A DNA stretch of 63,268 bases, the filler included, from Octopus bimaculoides (lineage: Eukaryota), in assembly GCF_001194135.2 (NCBI RefSeq). It is 5 parts of 4 records of this genome, joined end to end, with 100 filler letters (N's around TTAATTAATTAA, not from the genome) between each part and the next. Parts side by side here need not be neighbours in the genome. Positions count along the whole stretch, not along the records: positions 1 to 27,583 come from NC_068990.1; positions 27,684 to 34,728 come from NC_069005.1; 3 more parts are not named here. One strand, 5' to 3'. The notes beneath the pieces were generated by a model, which searched no databases, was not told the DNA's origin, and saw nothing but the letters and a program-made list of their open reading frames with translations. The position numbers were made by a program, and so were the translations under genes. Shown in pieces: positions 14,757 to 27,726 of the stretch; positions within the stretch are counted from its first letter, which is position 1; the number at the start of each line of letters is the position of its first letter.

Positions 14757-15156
14757 CATTATTATATGTACTTAACAGTATTTATTATCTATTAGAGCTG
14801 CTTTTAATTCATATGTATATTTTCTCTTAGGTATGTAGTTTCCGAACATATCAGCTCATGATTTTACAAGTCATGAGCATATAAGTCGTTTGACTGGCTA
14901 ACTGACTCGGCTTCAACCCAGGCTGGTAGGTTGTGTTGGTACGCCACAAAAATGGCGAAAGAACGATGTCCACCACTCTCAAATAGGATTGACGGTGAGT
15001 TATCTCGCTTGTCCATGGCTCTAAAGTTTTTTAACACTGGCGATATGAGAGTTATATACTCCACTAAGCCATTGCAGCCACCGGAAAATACACAAAGCAT
15101 ATACATAAGTATATGTATATATATATATATATTTATCCACACACACACACACACAC

Positions 15157-15195
<39 letters not shown>

Positions 15196-15209
15196 CACTN
15201 NNNNNNNNN

Positions 15210-15259
<50 letters not shown>

Positions 15260-15979
15260 TATATATATAAAGAATATCTGTGTGTATTTACGAATGTTAG
15301 GACAGTTGCGTCACTTAGCTTGAAGCCAAAAACAAAGAGATAATTAAACATTAATTATTTCCGTTGATTTACTCAAGATTCAAAACATTTAGTAAAAAAA
15401 ATATATTTTTTGTTTTAAATCATGTAAATTTAATCACGAAAATTTTAATTAGTTCTATGAATTTATCAGCCACAAAGTATATAGCATTTAATATAAGAAT
15501 ATTTAGTAAAACAAACTAATAATAATTAGTAAGGGAAGCCTCAATCTCCTGTAAAGTTTTACATAGTTTAAGCAATATGTATATCATCTTGTTTTCTTGT
15601 AGTTATAGAAAACCGTTTTGTCAAATGAGTTTAAAGAAAGATTATAATGTATAAAATGTAAAAACTTAGAGAAATTGTTTGTAAACATTTATAAGAGATA
15701 TCGAAATATATGAAGAACAATAAAAATACTGCTGCTATAACCTATGACACACACAAGCATACACACACATACACACACACACACACACGCACAAACAAGG
15801 ACACATACATGCATGTGTAGGTACACACATATGCATGTATGTATGTATGCATGCAATGGAATAAAAAGTTAGACTGGTTGAAGAAAAATAACAAGGAGGT
15901 GAATATAATGTGTGCTCATGTGCGTATGTATGTGTACCTATATATGTTTATAACTCTCTCTCTCTCTCGCTCTCTCTTT

Positions 15980-16051
<72 letters not shown>

Positions 16052-16471
16052 GTCTATCTGTCAGTATCAGCCCGACAGTAGCACAGAAGAGCAATACAGA
16101 GCTAGCGTTTCCATCCTGTGGTCCGAACCAGCCAATGAAAAATGAGACTAATCATCATCGAGTGATGGCCGGGGTATTTTGTTTTAAAACATTTGATTGA
16201 TATACCCCCAAAGAACCAAGTATCAAAACGATCAGACATGTTTTTCTCAGTCAAGTGAGACATAAGATAATGCATTATTCCATTAATACACTTGTATACA
16301 TACACATGTTTGTATGTCTGGCTGTGACGTCTGTATNNNNNNNNNNNNNNNNNNNNNNNNNNNNNNNNNNNNNNNNNNNNNNNNNNNNNNNNNNNNNNNN
16401 NNNNNNNNNNNNNNNNNNNNNNNNNNNNNNNNNNNNNNNNNNNNNNNNNNNNNNNNNNNNNNNNNNNNNNN

Positions 16472-16507
<36 letters not shown>

Positions 16508-16837
16508 TATATATATATGTGTGTGTATGTATGTATCTCTCTCCCTCTCTCTCTCTATACATATATACTTATATGTATGTACTTATACCTATCTATAAAT
16601 TCTTACGCACGGACGTGCATGTGCACACATATATATGCACACGCACATATACGTGTGTATGTGTATGTAAGTACATTTGTGTGTGCATAACATCGTTTTT
16701 TTTTTGCATTGTTACGGATTTCTGGGTTTCCAATAGTAATTCGTTAATATTCAAAACATAAATATCTTAGAAAACTATGAAGTCCAATAGATTTTCTTCA
16801 CAAACTCTTTCCTCCGGAATGATTGTATTAGAGCATG

Positions 16838-16850
16838 TTAGCCTAGAATT
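16838..16850 (-). CDS. Candidate terminal coding exon (speculative)
   Basis: Acceptor TACTCTTTGTATTTCAG; joined to the donor at 17308 gives ...KIFDRILG*. Confidence 0.2.
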
Positions 16851-17007
16851 CTGAAATACAAAGAGTAATTTCACACTTGTTCTAACGCACTCACTCGCAT
16901 ACATGCACACATAAGAATATATGACAAAACATCATACGTACATAAATACACACAGACACACACGCACATATGAGAGAGAGAAAATACGAGGTGACAGACT
17001 GGCAGAC

Positions 17008-17041
17008 AGATAGATAAATAGATATATATATATATAGATAG

Positions 17042-17072
<31 letters not shown>

Positions 17073-17077
17073 GATAA

Positions 17078-17124
<47 letters not shown>

Positions 17125-17127
17125 GAC

Positions 17128-17163
<36 letters not shown>

Positions 17164-17180
17164 ATCGATAGATAGATAAA
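17008..17180. repeat. (GATA)n array
   Basis: Directly visible. Confidence 0.95.
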
Positions 17181-17307
17181 TATTGACAAGTTCTATGTTA
17201 CTCGTAATAATAAAGATATAGCCAGTGCAGCAGTACTACCTTTGCTTTGTTACACACAGTAGTACAAGAAATCCTGCAAAATCTGTTTCGTTGTTACAAA
17301 TACTTAC

Positions 17308-17545
17308 CGATCAAAGATCTTATTACCTTGTCCTAGCAGGTTGTTATTTACAAGAACCTTCTGAATAGACTCCTTTACAATGCTAAAAATGTCCACAAAT
17401 CTACCCATCATTCGTAATGGTCTTACAGTGTGTTCATCCAGTATTTCGGGTTTGTCAATGCATTTCTGCATTATTACTATATATCCGTTGAACCGGAATT
17501 TAGCATTCCCATTCATGAGTCTAGACTTGTGACTATGTCTGACAT
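17308..17545 (-). CDS. Candidate coding exon of unknown protein
   Basis: Lies in the longest mostly non-repetitive ORF (17304-17717, 137 aa; ...MQKCIDKPEILDEHTVRPLRMMGRFVDIFSIVKESIQKVLVNNNLLGQGNKIFDR), which ends at a consensus donor CG|GTAAGT. Acceptor position uncertain; no homology recognised. Confidence 0.3.
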
Positions 17546-18520
17546 CTGGAGTGTGTAGTGTATTACATGTCACCAGTAAAAATACGAGGAGATTCGTGTC
17601 CGTAGTGGAAGAAGGCTCCACGGATACGTGTAAACTTAACGTAGTTATCAAGCGGAATTTATGGTGTCGTAATGCGACAACGATTAACTGTTCGATGATA
17701 CTGTAATACATGTACACACTAACACGTACAAGTACAAATATGCATGTACCTCTGTGTCTCTATCTGTGTGACTATCTATCTCTATATATATATATATATT
17801 TATATGTATGTATTTATACCTATCTATATATTCTTACAGACACACGTGCATATGCACACGCATGTATATGCACACGCACATATACGTATCCATCTCCATC
17901 TCTCCCTATCAATCTTTCCCTCTATATATGTGTGTGCGTGTGAATGTGCATGTGTGCATCATGTGTAGTGTGTTTATGCGCATGCGTATAGTTAGATTTC
18001 GTTTTATAGTGTTCACTGTGTTGAAAATTAAATAATTAAAATGTGGTGACACTTCACATGCTGTCGTAATGTATGTACGTTTGTTTTAATACTTCAAAGA
18101 CATGAGCTCGTATTGCTTAAAATGCATTTTCCTTTGATGAATGTAAGATTGCATACTTTCAGGTAATTCAATTGATTATTCTGAACCATATTCCTTGAGT
18201 TGCAATCTGTATTGTGTACCTTTCAAGAATTGTGAATCGAATATTGCTCATATAATTGAATTATTTACAGACTGTTTGAAGAGCAAACTGATATTGAAGA
18301 CGATCCATTTGTTGAGCTGTTTACAGATCAACTGAAATTCATTGCCATAGCAACTTACAGATTCTTCTCCAAAAATATTAACTGGCACAAGCTGCGTTAT
18401 TACTTACAAAAGCCAAGAATTTCAAGTTAAGATCAACAAACAATTTTATTCATTCTTTCGTTGTTTCAACTATATTCAAAGTACATCACTCGATTAAATT
18501 TCTTTGAGATACAACTCACG

Positions 18521-18778
18521 TGTATCCAGGCGTCACATACAGAACTATCTTAGCATCACAACCAAATAACATTATATAGTGAAACTAGTTCTGCTCACAT
18601 ACATGTCAGTATTAATTACTGTTATGTCTCAAGCTACTGCTATCTAGCACCCTCAGATGATCTCTACTCAACCGCCTCACAACTGCTACTCGACTGCTAC
18701 TCAACACTCCTACCACGGCCAGACTACCTCTATTTATATGTCTTGAGAGATCCTACTTCTTCGCCTGGGGCGGCGACA
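18521..18778 (-). mobile_element. Probable solo LTR (~258 bp)
   Basis: TGT...ACA termini, subterminal CCAGGCG inverted motif, TATAAATA on the minus strand, 4-bp flanks CACG/CACC (TSD-like, 1 mismatch). Confidence 0.5.
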
Positions 18779-19477
18779 CACCAATTACATAATTCGATAA
18801 TTAGTAGAATCAAAATATGGATGATTTAGACGATTGATTTGAAGTCAGTTTATTAACATGATTATTGTTTCAAACCATAGAGTATATTTAGAAAATTTAA
18901 AAGTGTTAACTTGAACACAGTAATTCGATATAATAAAAAGGATATCGCAAAATATTTACTTAGTGCCCCCCAAAATACTATAAATGCTACCTACTCTACA
19001 AATAACAGATTTCGTTGGACTGGGTAATTAAAAGCTAATAAATGTCAGAAGAACGAAACACATATTTCTAAGGCAGTTGCAGCGTATTTCTATTGACCTC
19101 ATGTTGACTTGGATTCTAAAGCCTATCGCAGCCTCGAGTGACGAGAATCTTCCTTTAAACCATGTTCTTTGACTACGAACAATATTCATGGCGATGTTCG
19201 TGAAATTGGTTTCCATGGCAGAATCTGTCATTTACCGGACGAAGTCCTTTGTAGTATTCCGTTATATTCTATAAATTCTGAATTTAAATCTTACAATGAC
19301 ATCTTTCTTAGCTTCTTCCTTAGTCTAGAGAGTTACTGCCAGTCGAATATTACAACCCATTTAATCCACTGTGCTCTCAAGTCGCGTGGCTTTGGGAATA
19401 AGCGAAGTTGAGAGAATAAGGAATAAGTGATATTTATATTCTTTCCATTAGGATGCGTTTGTTATTTAGCACCAGAA

Positions 19478-19674
19478 ACACGCTGGACAAAATGTATAGC
19501 GGCATTTCTTCTGACTCTTTTCCTTCTAAGTTTGAATGCCGCCAAAGTCGACGTCGCTTTTTATCCTTTCGCGCTCGATAAAATAGGTACCAGTTGAGCA
19601 CTGGGGTCGTTGTAATCGACTATACCTCTCCACCTAAAATTTCTGGTCTTATAGCTATAGTAGAAAGAGTTATT
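19478..19674 (+). mobile_element. SINE family B, degraded
   Basis: GATAAAATAGGTACCAGTTGAGCACTGGGGTCG core shared with other family-B copies. Confidence 0.75.
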
Positions 19675-20510
19675 TCCCATTATGTTACCGCTGCCCGGGT
19701 AGAACAATGCTGAAAATCATTCCGGTCGTAACTATCCATTATGTATTTGATCATATTATCCAATGTATTTTTCTTTTAATTACCCGGATGTTACACGCGA
19801 GGGATTTCGCTGCCAATTTCAGAAGGTCGATCCCCCCACATAAAGGCTACCTGCTTATATATACCTATCATAACCTGCACCGTTCTACACGTGAGCGATG
19901 TCTTTCTCTCTTACTTAAAATGGTTGCCAGTTTAGTCAAATTAAACGAAAGTTTTCGGTGACTCGTGTAAAATTTTCATATGCAAATTATTCGTAATTTT
20001 GTTATTGAGATTCTACCTGTATAACACCAGTTTCTACACCATATTGTATTTTAAACAGGAAACTACAATAACAGCATCGGATACGTTTTGCTGCTTTGTT
20101 AATGGAAGCTACGCGTGTCCATATACTTCTGCGACTTCGTAGAAATACGACTGTTTCTGGAGAAGACATAAATTAAATTATGAATTTAATCCAGTGTAGG
20201 ATTCAATATATCTTTAAAATCCTCTTACATTTAGTACATAAAGAAAATATTCCTACGTATCATTATAACAATGATCCAAATATAATTTGTTTGACTTGTT
20301 TTGAGCTCTCTCGTTAAAAATTTTGCACAAAAGAAATATTTTTCCTTTTAATTGATAATTATTTATTCCCATAATTCCTAAACCCCATCTATACACGCAC
20401 AGAAACACATACAGACACACACAGAGACACAGAAACACGCACCCACACACATGCGTATACATACATACGCACATATACATACATATTAATATAGAAATAC
20501 ATCGCGCATT

Positions 20511-20551
<41 letters not shown>

Positions 20552-21329
20552 TTGTATTTAAGTGAGTGTATTTGTAGAATCGTTTGTATGTTCAACAAAA
20601 TGCCTCGCAGTATTTGTTGTAGATCTAGAGAGTACGAGGGAAAAGAAAGAGATAGTGTGGAAAAGAGAAAGAGCGAGTGGGTTGTTAAGACTCTGCGGGA
20701 ATGCGTGTTGCATATGCCAACTAATCCTCTAGAATATTTCACAAATTTTCAATGTCTGTATACGTTATGTCTAAAGAAAAACATTTCTGCACGGAACATA
20801 AATACGACTGTATTGATTTCCCCCGGAAACTGACGACTATAGTGAAACTGATGTAAGACATGACTTACACATTTTGTCTGAAGATGTGTATATAAAAAAA
20901 AAAAAACGTATAGTAGTAATTGCGGAGAGTGCTGAAAAACAACCCCACCCACCAAAAATGTGACTGACAACGTTTATGTCTAACATGGACACGAGTTCAC
21001 ATATGTATAAGAGAAGGGAACAGAGTCGATTCCATTGATTTCTGTAATGGTTTGGTACTTTTTTATACACTTCAACAAAGAATACTAAGTTACTATCAAG
21101 GATTTGAACTCAGAATACAAAAATGTTTTGATAAATCTCGTTGAGTAATTACTTTCAGAACTCTACTTCTTCTTACGAAAAGATATGTTATTAAGGATGT
21201 ACAATTTTTCGTGTTTCTGTCATTGGTCTACGGATAACTAAAAAACAAAATTACTCCAGTATTCTTTTCTTAAGCCTGGTGTCAAGCGGTGGCGGAAAAA
21301 AAATAGAAACACATTCAAATCTACATATA

Positions 21330-21498
21330 CGAATGGCACCTACACAGTTTCTGTGTTAAAACAATCACTCACTGGGAGCGTTGGTCGACCCAGAATTAAA
21401 ATAGGAAGACACTTGACTCGTAATCCCGCTGTAAAACTGAGCCGAAGATAACGTGGTTCCGAAGCAAAACGTCTTAACCCTACTGACATACCTGTGCC
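21330..21498 (-). mobile_element. Degraded SINE family A head
   Basis: GGTCGACCC...GAAGACACTTG...GTGGTT matches the reverse complement of the family-A head. Confidence 0.55.
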
Positions 21499-22964
21499 TA
21501 AATCGTTTATGTGAAATAAATAGTTGCATATTTCACGAGTACGCACAGCTTATTATAATTTCTTCTAAAATTCAATGGTGCTTCTTTGACCATCGAGTAA
21601 GAAGAGAAGCAACATGAAATGTATATTCAGATTATAAAAGGACGTAATTCAATACAGATATTTTTTAAACTGCCTGTGTCACGCCATCGCGTTTCAAATT
21701 AAGAATATCATTTTCAATTTATGGACAAATTCTCGCTTTTTTTTATTAGAAGAGCGTAATTCGACACCGGAATTTTATTGGATTTAATTTTATAGACAAC
21801 TGAAATATGAAGGGAAACGTCGACTCAAGTGCCACATATTTGTCATGAAACTACACATTAGAAGAGAATATAGGGGAGATCCTTCTGGTGGGGGATGCCT
21901 TGCACGAAATTATTTTATTATGGAAGTGACTACTCAATATATATATATTATCATTTACTGTCCATGACAGACCCAAATGAATTATACACCGACACTACTG
22001 TCCGGCCTAAGACTGTGTCAGCTTAATCTAGTATCTAATCCCTAGAGAGGTTAATCATGTCCGGCAGTGGAATGTGTTGCCCAAAGGAAATACAACGGGA
22101 TCTTAGAAAATTATTCGAATTATGATTAGACAATGTAATCTATGATTTGTAATGTGAGGAATTGACTTTTGGATAAACTACCCTATTCTGAGATTACCAT
22201 TATGCTGGCACTAGCTGTTGATATGACATCGTACGAAGAGTATGGGTTACTTTCTACTCAGTGACATTGAATCGTTTCTCAGCTCTCTATTAATTGGTTT
22301 CACATCATCAATATGGTGTTTCCTCGATATGTGTAATACCATTATATTCACTCTGACCATCACCGACATCATCGTTGTCATCGTCGTTGTCGTAGTCGTC
22401 GTCGTCGTCGTAATCATCACCATCTTCAAGATGATCACCGCCATTATGACATTGCCCTGTTTTATATGCTATCACCATCACCAACACCATCAACATCATG
22501 ACCAACTTCAACACTGTTATTATAACTGTCAAAGTCACAACTTACTCCGTATAATTATTTTTCTAGCTTCCTATCTATGTATATATTCTCCTAGCCGTTT
22601 ATCTATTTCATCTTTTCCTACATACTTCTATCAACCTCACTCCCAACTCCGTCCATCCTATTATATTGCCTCTGCGATTAGCTATATAGAAGGCTTCATA
22701 TTTATTGTGAAAATGCATTTTGTTTCGTCTACAGATACGTCAGTGAATAATTATTCACTGATGTGTCTGTAGGTGAAATAAGATGCCTCACTGTCAGGTA
22801 CGCATAATTGTGTGGAAACATACAAGTATACGTTACTACAAGCACCTATATATGTGTGTGTGTGTGCTTGTATATATGTACGTATAAATCTATAAACTCA
22901 CATATATCTATACACAGACATATTACTATAGTCATATTGTGTCTGTGTGTCTATAAAAACGCAT

Positions 22965-23115
22965 CAAAGGTCCTCCCCGAGCCATAGGCTCATAAGGGCA
23001 AGTACCCGGATTTTCTAGCGTAACTACTGTCTGTCCTGGTTGAGATGCCAGTCAGTCGCAGGACTACTCACGACGAAATAGGGAGTAATAAAGAGTCGAC
23101 AACTAAGGAGGAGTT
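22965..23115 (-). mobile_element. Degraded SINE-like fragment
   Basis: GGTCCTCCCCGAGCCATAGGCTCATAAGGGC resembles an octopus SINE 3' end as I recall it; not confirmed within the window. Confidence 0.35.
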
Positions 23116-23123
23116 CGACTTCT

Positions 23124-23263
23124 TTTGGTATTTTGTCCCGTACTTGTCTTCTGTTATGTGTTTACGTATTTTTCACTCGTTGATGTGCTGTTCTAAGTCG
23201 TGTCTTTTTTGGTATTTTGTCCTGTACTTGTCTCTCGTGTGTTTACGTGTTTTTCACTCGTTG
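23124..23263. repeat. Local tandem duplication (~83-bp period)
   Basis: TTTTGGTATTTTGTCCYGTACTTGTCT...TGTTTACGTRTTTTTCACTCGTTG occurs at 23124 and 23207. Confidence 0.9.
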
Positions 23264-23289
23264 GTAATATCCTATACTTAATGTGTGTG

Positions 23290-23376
<87 letters not shown>

Positions 23377-24035
23377 ACGCACACACACACACTCATATAT
23401 ACATATGCATCTATTTATATGTATATATATATTACATCAGTGTAAATGGAGTATGCGTTTCAGAAAATTATGAGAACAGAACAAGGAAAAATGTAACTAT
23501 CTCATGATGATAAATATCTTTTCAACACTCCGAGAAACTGTTATGGAATAGATTTACATTAATACTGTTTTAGATTGAATGATGGAAACTTTTGATATGA
23601 TTTTATAAGACTTCTGTGTTCATTGTGTGGGAAAAGAGCGCACTTAAAATTCACAAACTATCAACTATTAACCAAAATTATTTGCTAGATTTTTTAATGA
23701 GAATGAACTACATTTATGGAAATACATTTAAATTTACTTTTGCTTCCCTATGACTGTAACGTTTACATTAATTCATTAGTCTCAAGTATGTGAAAGAAAT
23801 TGAAAGAAATCGTTATTGTTGGCTATCTTACCAAACTAATTTCAACAATACTACTAATTTGGTTGACTACTGTGTTGTAATTTCAATAACAAAGCTACCC
23901 GAACGTTATTTGGGGATTCAGGAAAAACGATTAAATACTGGTAGGCCATTGACAGGAGAAGCTTCCCTGAGAAGAGTAGCCGGACGCCGAATTTCTTGTT
24001 CTTATTATCGTTGCTGTCATCGTCGCTGGAATCAC

Positions 24036-24036
<1 letters not shown>

Positions 24037-24117
<81 letters not shown>

Positions 24118-24168
24118 CTTCTTCTTCTTCTTCTTCTTCTTCTTCTTCTTCTTCTTCTTCTTCTTCTT

Positions 24169-24240
<72 letters not shown>
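24037..24240. repeat. In-register compound microsatellite (GTT)n-(CTT)n-(ATT)n
   Basis: Directly visible. Confidence 0.95.
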
Positions 24241-24242
<2 letters not shown>

Positions 24243-24243
24243 A

Positions 24244-24380
24244 GGCGGTAAGCTAGTAGAATCGTTAACGCGCCGGGAAAAATAATGTCTAGCGTCATTT
24301 CGTCCGTTTTTACGCTCAGAGTTCAAATTCCGCCGAAGTTAACTTGGCCTTTCATCCTTTTGGGGTCGATAAGATAAGTA
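24244..24380 (+). mobile_element. SINE family B, 3'-truncated
   Basis: Head GGCGGTAAGCTAGTAGAATCG, B-box GAGTTCAAATTCC; flanked by (ATT)n on both sides. Confidence 0.85.
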
Positions 24381-24451
<71 letters not shown>

Positions 24452-24454
<3 letters not shown>

Positions 24455-24652
24455 AGTTTGCACGCTGGGCAAAATGATTGGTGGCATTTCATCTGTCGCT
24501 ACCTTCTGAGTTCAAATTTCGTCGAGGTTGAGTTTGCCGTTCATCCTTTCGGGGTCGATAATTTAAGCACCAGTGAAACGCTGGGGTCAATGAAATCGTC
24601 TTATTACAATTGACTCCCCCAAAATGACTGCCCCTGTGGTAAAATTTGAAGC

Positions 24653-24653
<1 letters not shown>
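24452..24653 (+). mobile_element. SINE family B, near full length
   Basis: Same body as the preceding copy; ends AAATTTGAAGCC followed by (ATT)n. Confidence 0.85.
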
Positions 24654-24655
<2 letters not shown>

Positions 24656-24684
<29 letters not shown>

Positions 24685-25950
24685 GTTTTTCTTTCGTTGG
24701 AACTCCTGGAGTCATGCACGTGTAGCCGGCTTGCTACCTGCAGCCTACGATACCATGGGTATCCGTTCTTTTCAGCTATCTAATACTTTCCTGATTATTC
24801 TGGCCGTCCCAAGGCGGCAAACCTTTTGTAACAGCTCTGCTAGGCACTCTATTCCAATTTCCTTGATATCCCTCTTGAAGCCTTCTGATACTGTTCCCGA
24901 GGACCTAACAATATTTGGCACTATCTTCACCTTCATTTTCCATAGCCAGGCTACTACGTACTGAAGGTGGTTGTATATATTTACTTCTTCACCTTTCTTC
25001 TTGACTATTCGTGGGTCAAAGGAGTATGCAACATCAACTGTATAGTACATGTTGTGCATCTTGTCAACCACCACTAGGTTAGATCTGTACTGCTCTAACA
25101 CTTGATCCATTTGGACTGGGAATCCCAGAGGATTTTTGCTAGTCTACGATTTCACCACTCTCTGCGACTTGTGCTCATACCACACCTTACCTCTCTCTAG
25201 CCACCACATTTCGCACATTTTCCAGTGTAGGACACTCGCTACTTGATCATGGCGCCAAAATTTGTAGTGGTTTTGGGCAGGTCTAGGGTAATGGTATCAT
25301 CTACTCTATTACAGATGCGGCTCAGCGGAGACACTTGCTCATTCCAAAGGTTGACCTTTCAGTTGGCCAAATCTTGGTCTTGCGCTGCCAGTATAGTGCA
25401 CTCGGTCTCATCTTATAGTGTTTCTTTGTTCAGCCAGTCCCACCTATTTTTCTAGCAACTTCTGTTGTGGCTATATGGAATTGGCTGTGTAGTCCCTTGT
25501 TGGGTAATTCTTCTTTATCTTCATTTCGTTTTTCATTTTTTTCTGCTTTCAATATTCCCTCGTTCTTAACACACTAGCAAGGTTTCCTTACTTTGAGCTA
25601 GGTATGTCATTAAGTTCTTCCACACTTATCAATCCCTTTCCTCCGGTTGCTCTCTTCATATATAGGCGATCAGTGTCTGCACATGGATAATGGACTCCAT
25701 GTATCGTTAGGAACTTTCTTGACTTCCTATCCATCTCTTTTAGCTCCTCCTCGGTCCACTTCAGAATTCCAGCGCCATACCGAACTACTGCTACTGTGGG
25801 CGAGTTTATTGGTGAAACTATGCCTCTGGCATTCAGTAGGTACTCTCTTTAGGTCTTTTTCCTTCATGTGGTCGTGTTTAATTCTATGTGCCTCAAAAAT
25901 TTGGATTTCTATACATAAATTTGTCCCCACACTGGAATATCGGTAAGTTT
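24656..25950 (-). mobile_element. R4/Dong-like RLE non-LTR retrotransposon, 5'-truncated and disrupted
   Basis: Minus-strand peptides AVVRYGAGILKWTEEELKEMDRKSRKFLTIHGVHYPCADTDRLYMKR, AAQDQ, WRHDQVASVLHWKMCE, and RLE domain ...VVVDKMHNMYYTVDVAYSFDPRIVKK...LGTARIIRKVLDS*; short 3' UTR and (TAA)n tail. Confidence 0.9.
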
Positions 25951-25961
25951 ACCTGCTTCTT

Positions 25962-26373
25962 ATAATGCGATACTATCTTACAAAGAAGTAAAGAAGTGTG
26001 TAACTGGTAGGGCACTGCTCGATTTAGATCAGTAGAAAGTCTTCGTTAGTGTCATCAACCGATACTTAGTGGCTATCCTCCTTATAGGATTTGATTTCAG
26101 TACAGTCTTCTGAGGCCAAATCGCCAAGTTGCACAATGACATCTGTTCGGCGCGGATTCACTGAATGGATCATCAGAACCATTCAGTTTCAAGCTTTCAG
26201 TTCGCAAATATATTCCTCTCTCGTCTCATCTGTATGCCCTGACTCTTGAGACACCACTACGGAAGCTAAACACGTTTAGGGGCATCTTGTGCGAACAAGG
26301 ATCAAGGATGGGCAGAATCGTGTCGGCATATGCAGACGATGTCACCCTCCTAGTGGTTGACACCAAAGCTTAA
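25962..26373 (+). mobile_element. L1/Tx1-like reverse transcriptase remnant
   Basis: Degenerate RT motifs ALLDLDQ*KVF, EPFSFKLSVRKYIPLSSHLYALTLETPLRKL and IVSAYADDVTLLV (YADD). Confidence 0.8.
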
Positions 26374-27120
26374 CCAAGTGATTGGGACTGTGTAAAAATA
26401 CAGTACGATAAAATATAATGAGGTTAGTTGAATCAGCTAAGTTGCCTAATTTATGAGTTTTTGCTAATTTAAGAGATATTTCTTGGTATATAAGCAGGAG
26501 AGACGGATAAAATAAAGAATTTGTTAAATGATATAAAATAGAGTCACAACAGAAATAGAGAAAAAACAACTCCAACGGATTTTGTTTGGCATGTGAAAAA
26601 GTACTGCTGCTTTTCTAAGAACACAAGACAATCACTGAAGCACACATTTATAGACACATATATGTATACACACAAATATACAGGCACACACATATATGCA
26701 CTCATATATACTTTATATAAGTATATATATATATTATATATATATATATATATGCACACGCATATAAAAGTACATACATACATTCATATACAAATATATA
26801 TATGTATGTGTGTGTTTGAGTCTGTGAGCATGTGATTTGTGTGTGCCTGTGTGTAATACTATGTGTCTACGCTTTTCATGACGGAGCATTTCTCTAATCA
26901 TATTTCCATGTGTAAGGAGTACTTAGGCAGTACGTAGAGAATGCGGAAGTATGTGTGTGCGCGTGCGCGTGTGTGTCAGTATATCTATGTGTTTATTTCT
27001 CAAATTTCCTAATGAATTTATTAGCAGCATTAATTCTTATTTTCAATTATTTTTGCCAAACGGAGAAAACTTGAGTTTGTTTCATTGTGTGTGTCTGTTA
27101 CATTAAATAATAATACTCAC

Positions 27121-27156
27121 TTGGTGTATCGGGAAAATTAATTAAATTAACTTCAT
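27121..27156 (-). CDS. Candidate 36-nt symmetric phase-1 micro-exon
   Basis: Acceptor GCAATCTTTCCTGTTTTAG, donor CAA|GTGAGTA; only the phase-1 frame is open (xEVNLINFPDTP). Confidence 0.25.
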
Positions 27157-27365
27157 CTAAAACAGGAAAGATTGCTTAGGGCCAGTTGATCAGACAAAAC
27201 AGAACGTCAACATTAACAACATTCTGCAATACAAGAAAAAAAAGCATCAAAAGAAAAAATAATATTAATGATAATTATAGGTGCGATAACATTACTAGCT
27301 GTCACAATATTAGTAGTGCTAGTAAAAATAATATTAATTATATTGATATAATAATAATAATAATC

Positions 27366-27406
<41 letters not shown>

Positions 27407-27408
<2 letters not shown>

Positions 27409-27583
27409 CGCAAACAAAACCAAAACGGCATAAATGGACACGTGAGGAACACATTTCGATCCTACACGCCTATTTCACAGCAGTACTCTACCCAAAAAAA
27501 CGAAAACGCAACAACACATACATATAAAACATGGAAGAAAAATAATGTAAATATAGACCTCGATAAAACAATGAACCCTAACA
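27407..27583 (+). mobile_element. 5' fragment of probable R4/Dong-like element following a (AAT)n array
   Basis: Peptide KRHKWTREEHISILHAYFTAVLYP resembles the N-terminal KWT motif of R4-clade ORFs (from recall); runs into a gap. Confidence 0.55.
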
Positions 27584-27627
27584 NNNNNNNNNNNNNNNNN
27601 NNNNNNNNNNNNNNNNNNNNNNNNNNN

Positions 27628-27639
27628 TTAATTAATTAA
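27628..27639. other. Assembly linker TTAATTAATTAA in a 100-bp gap placeholder
   Basis: 44 N + 12-mer + 44 N; same design at 34773, 40114 and 59536. Confidence 0.95.
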
Positions 27640-27683
27640 NNNNNNNNNNNNNNNNNNNNNNNNNNNNNNNNNNNNNNNNNNNN

Positions 27684-27719
<36 letters not shown>

Positions 27720-27726
27720 TAATAAT

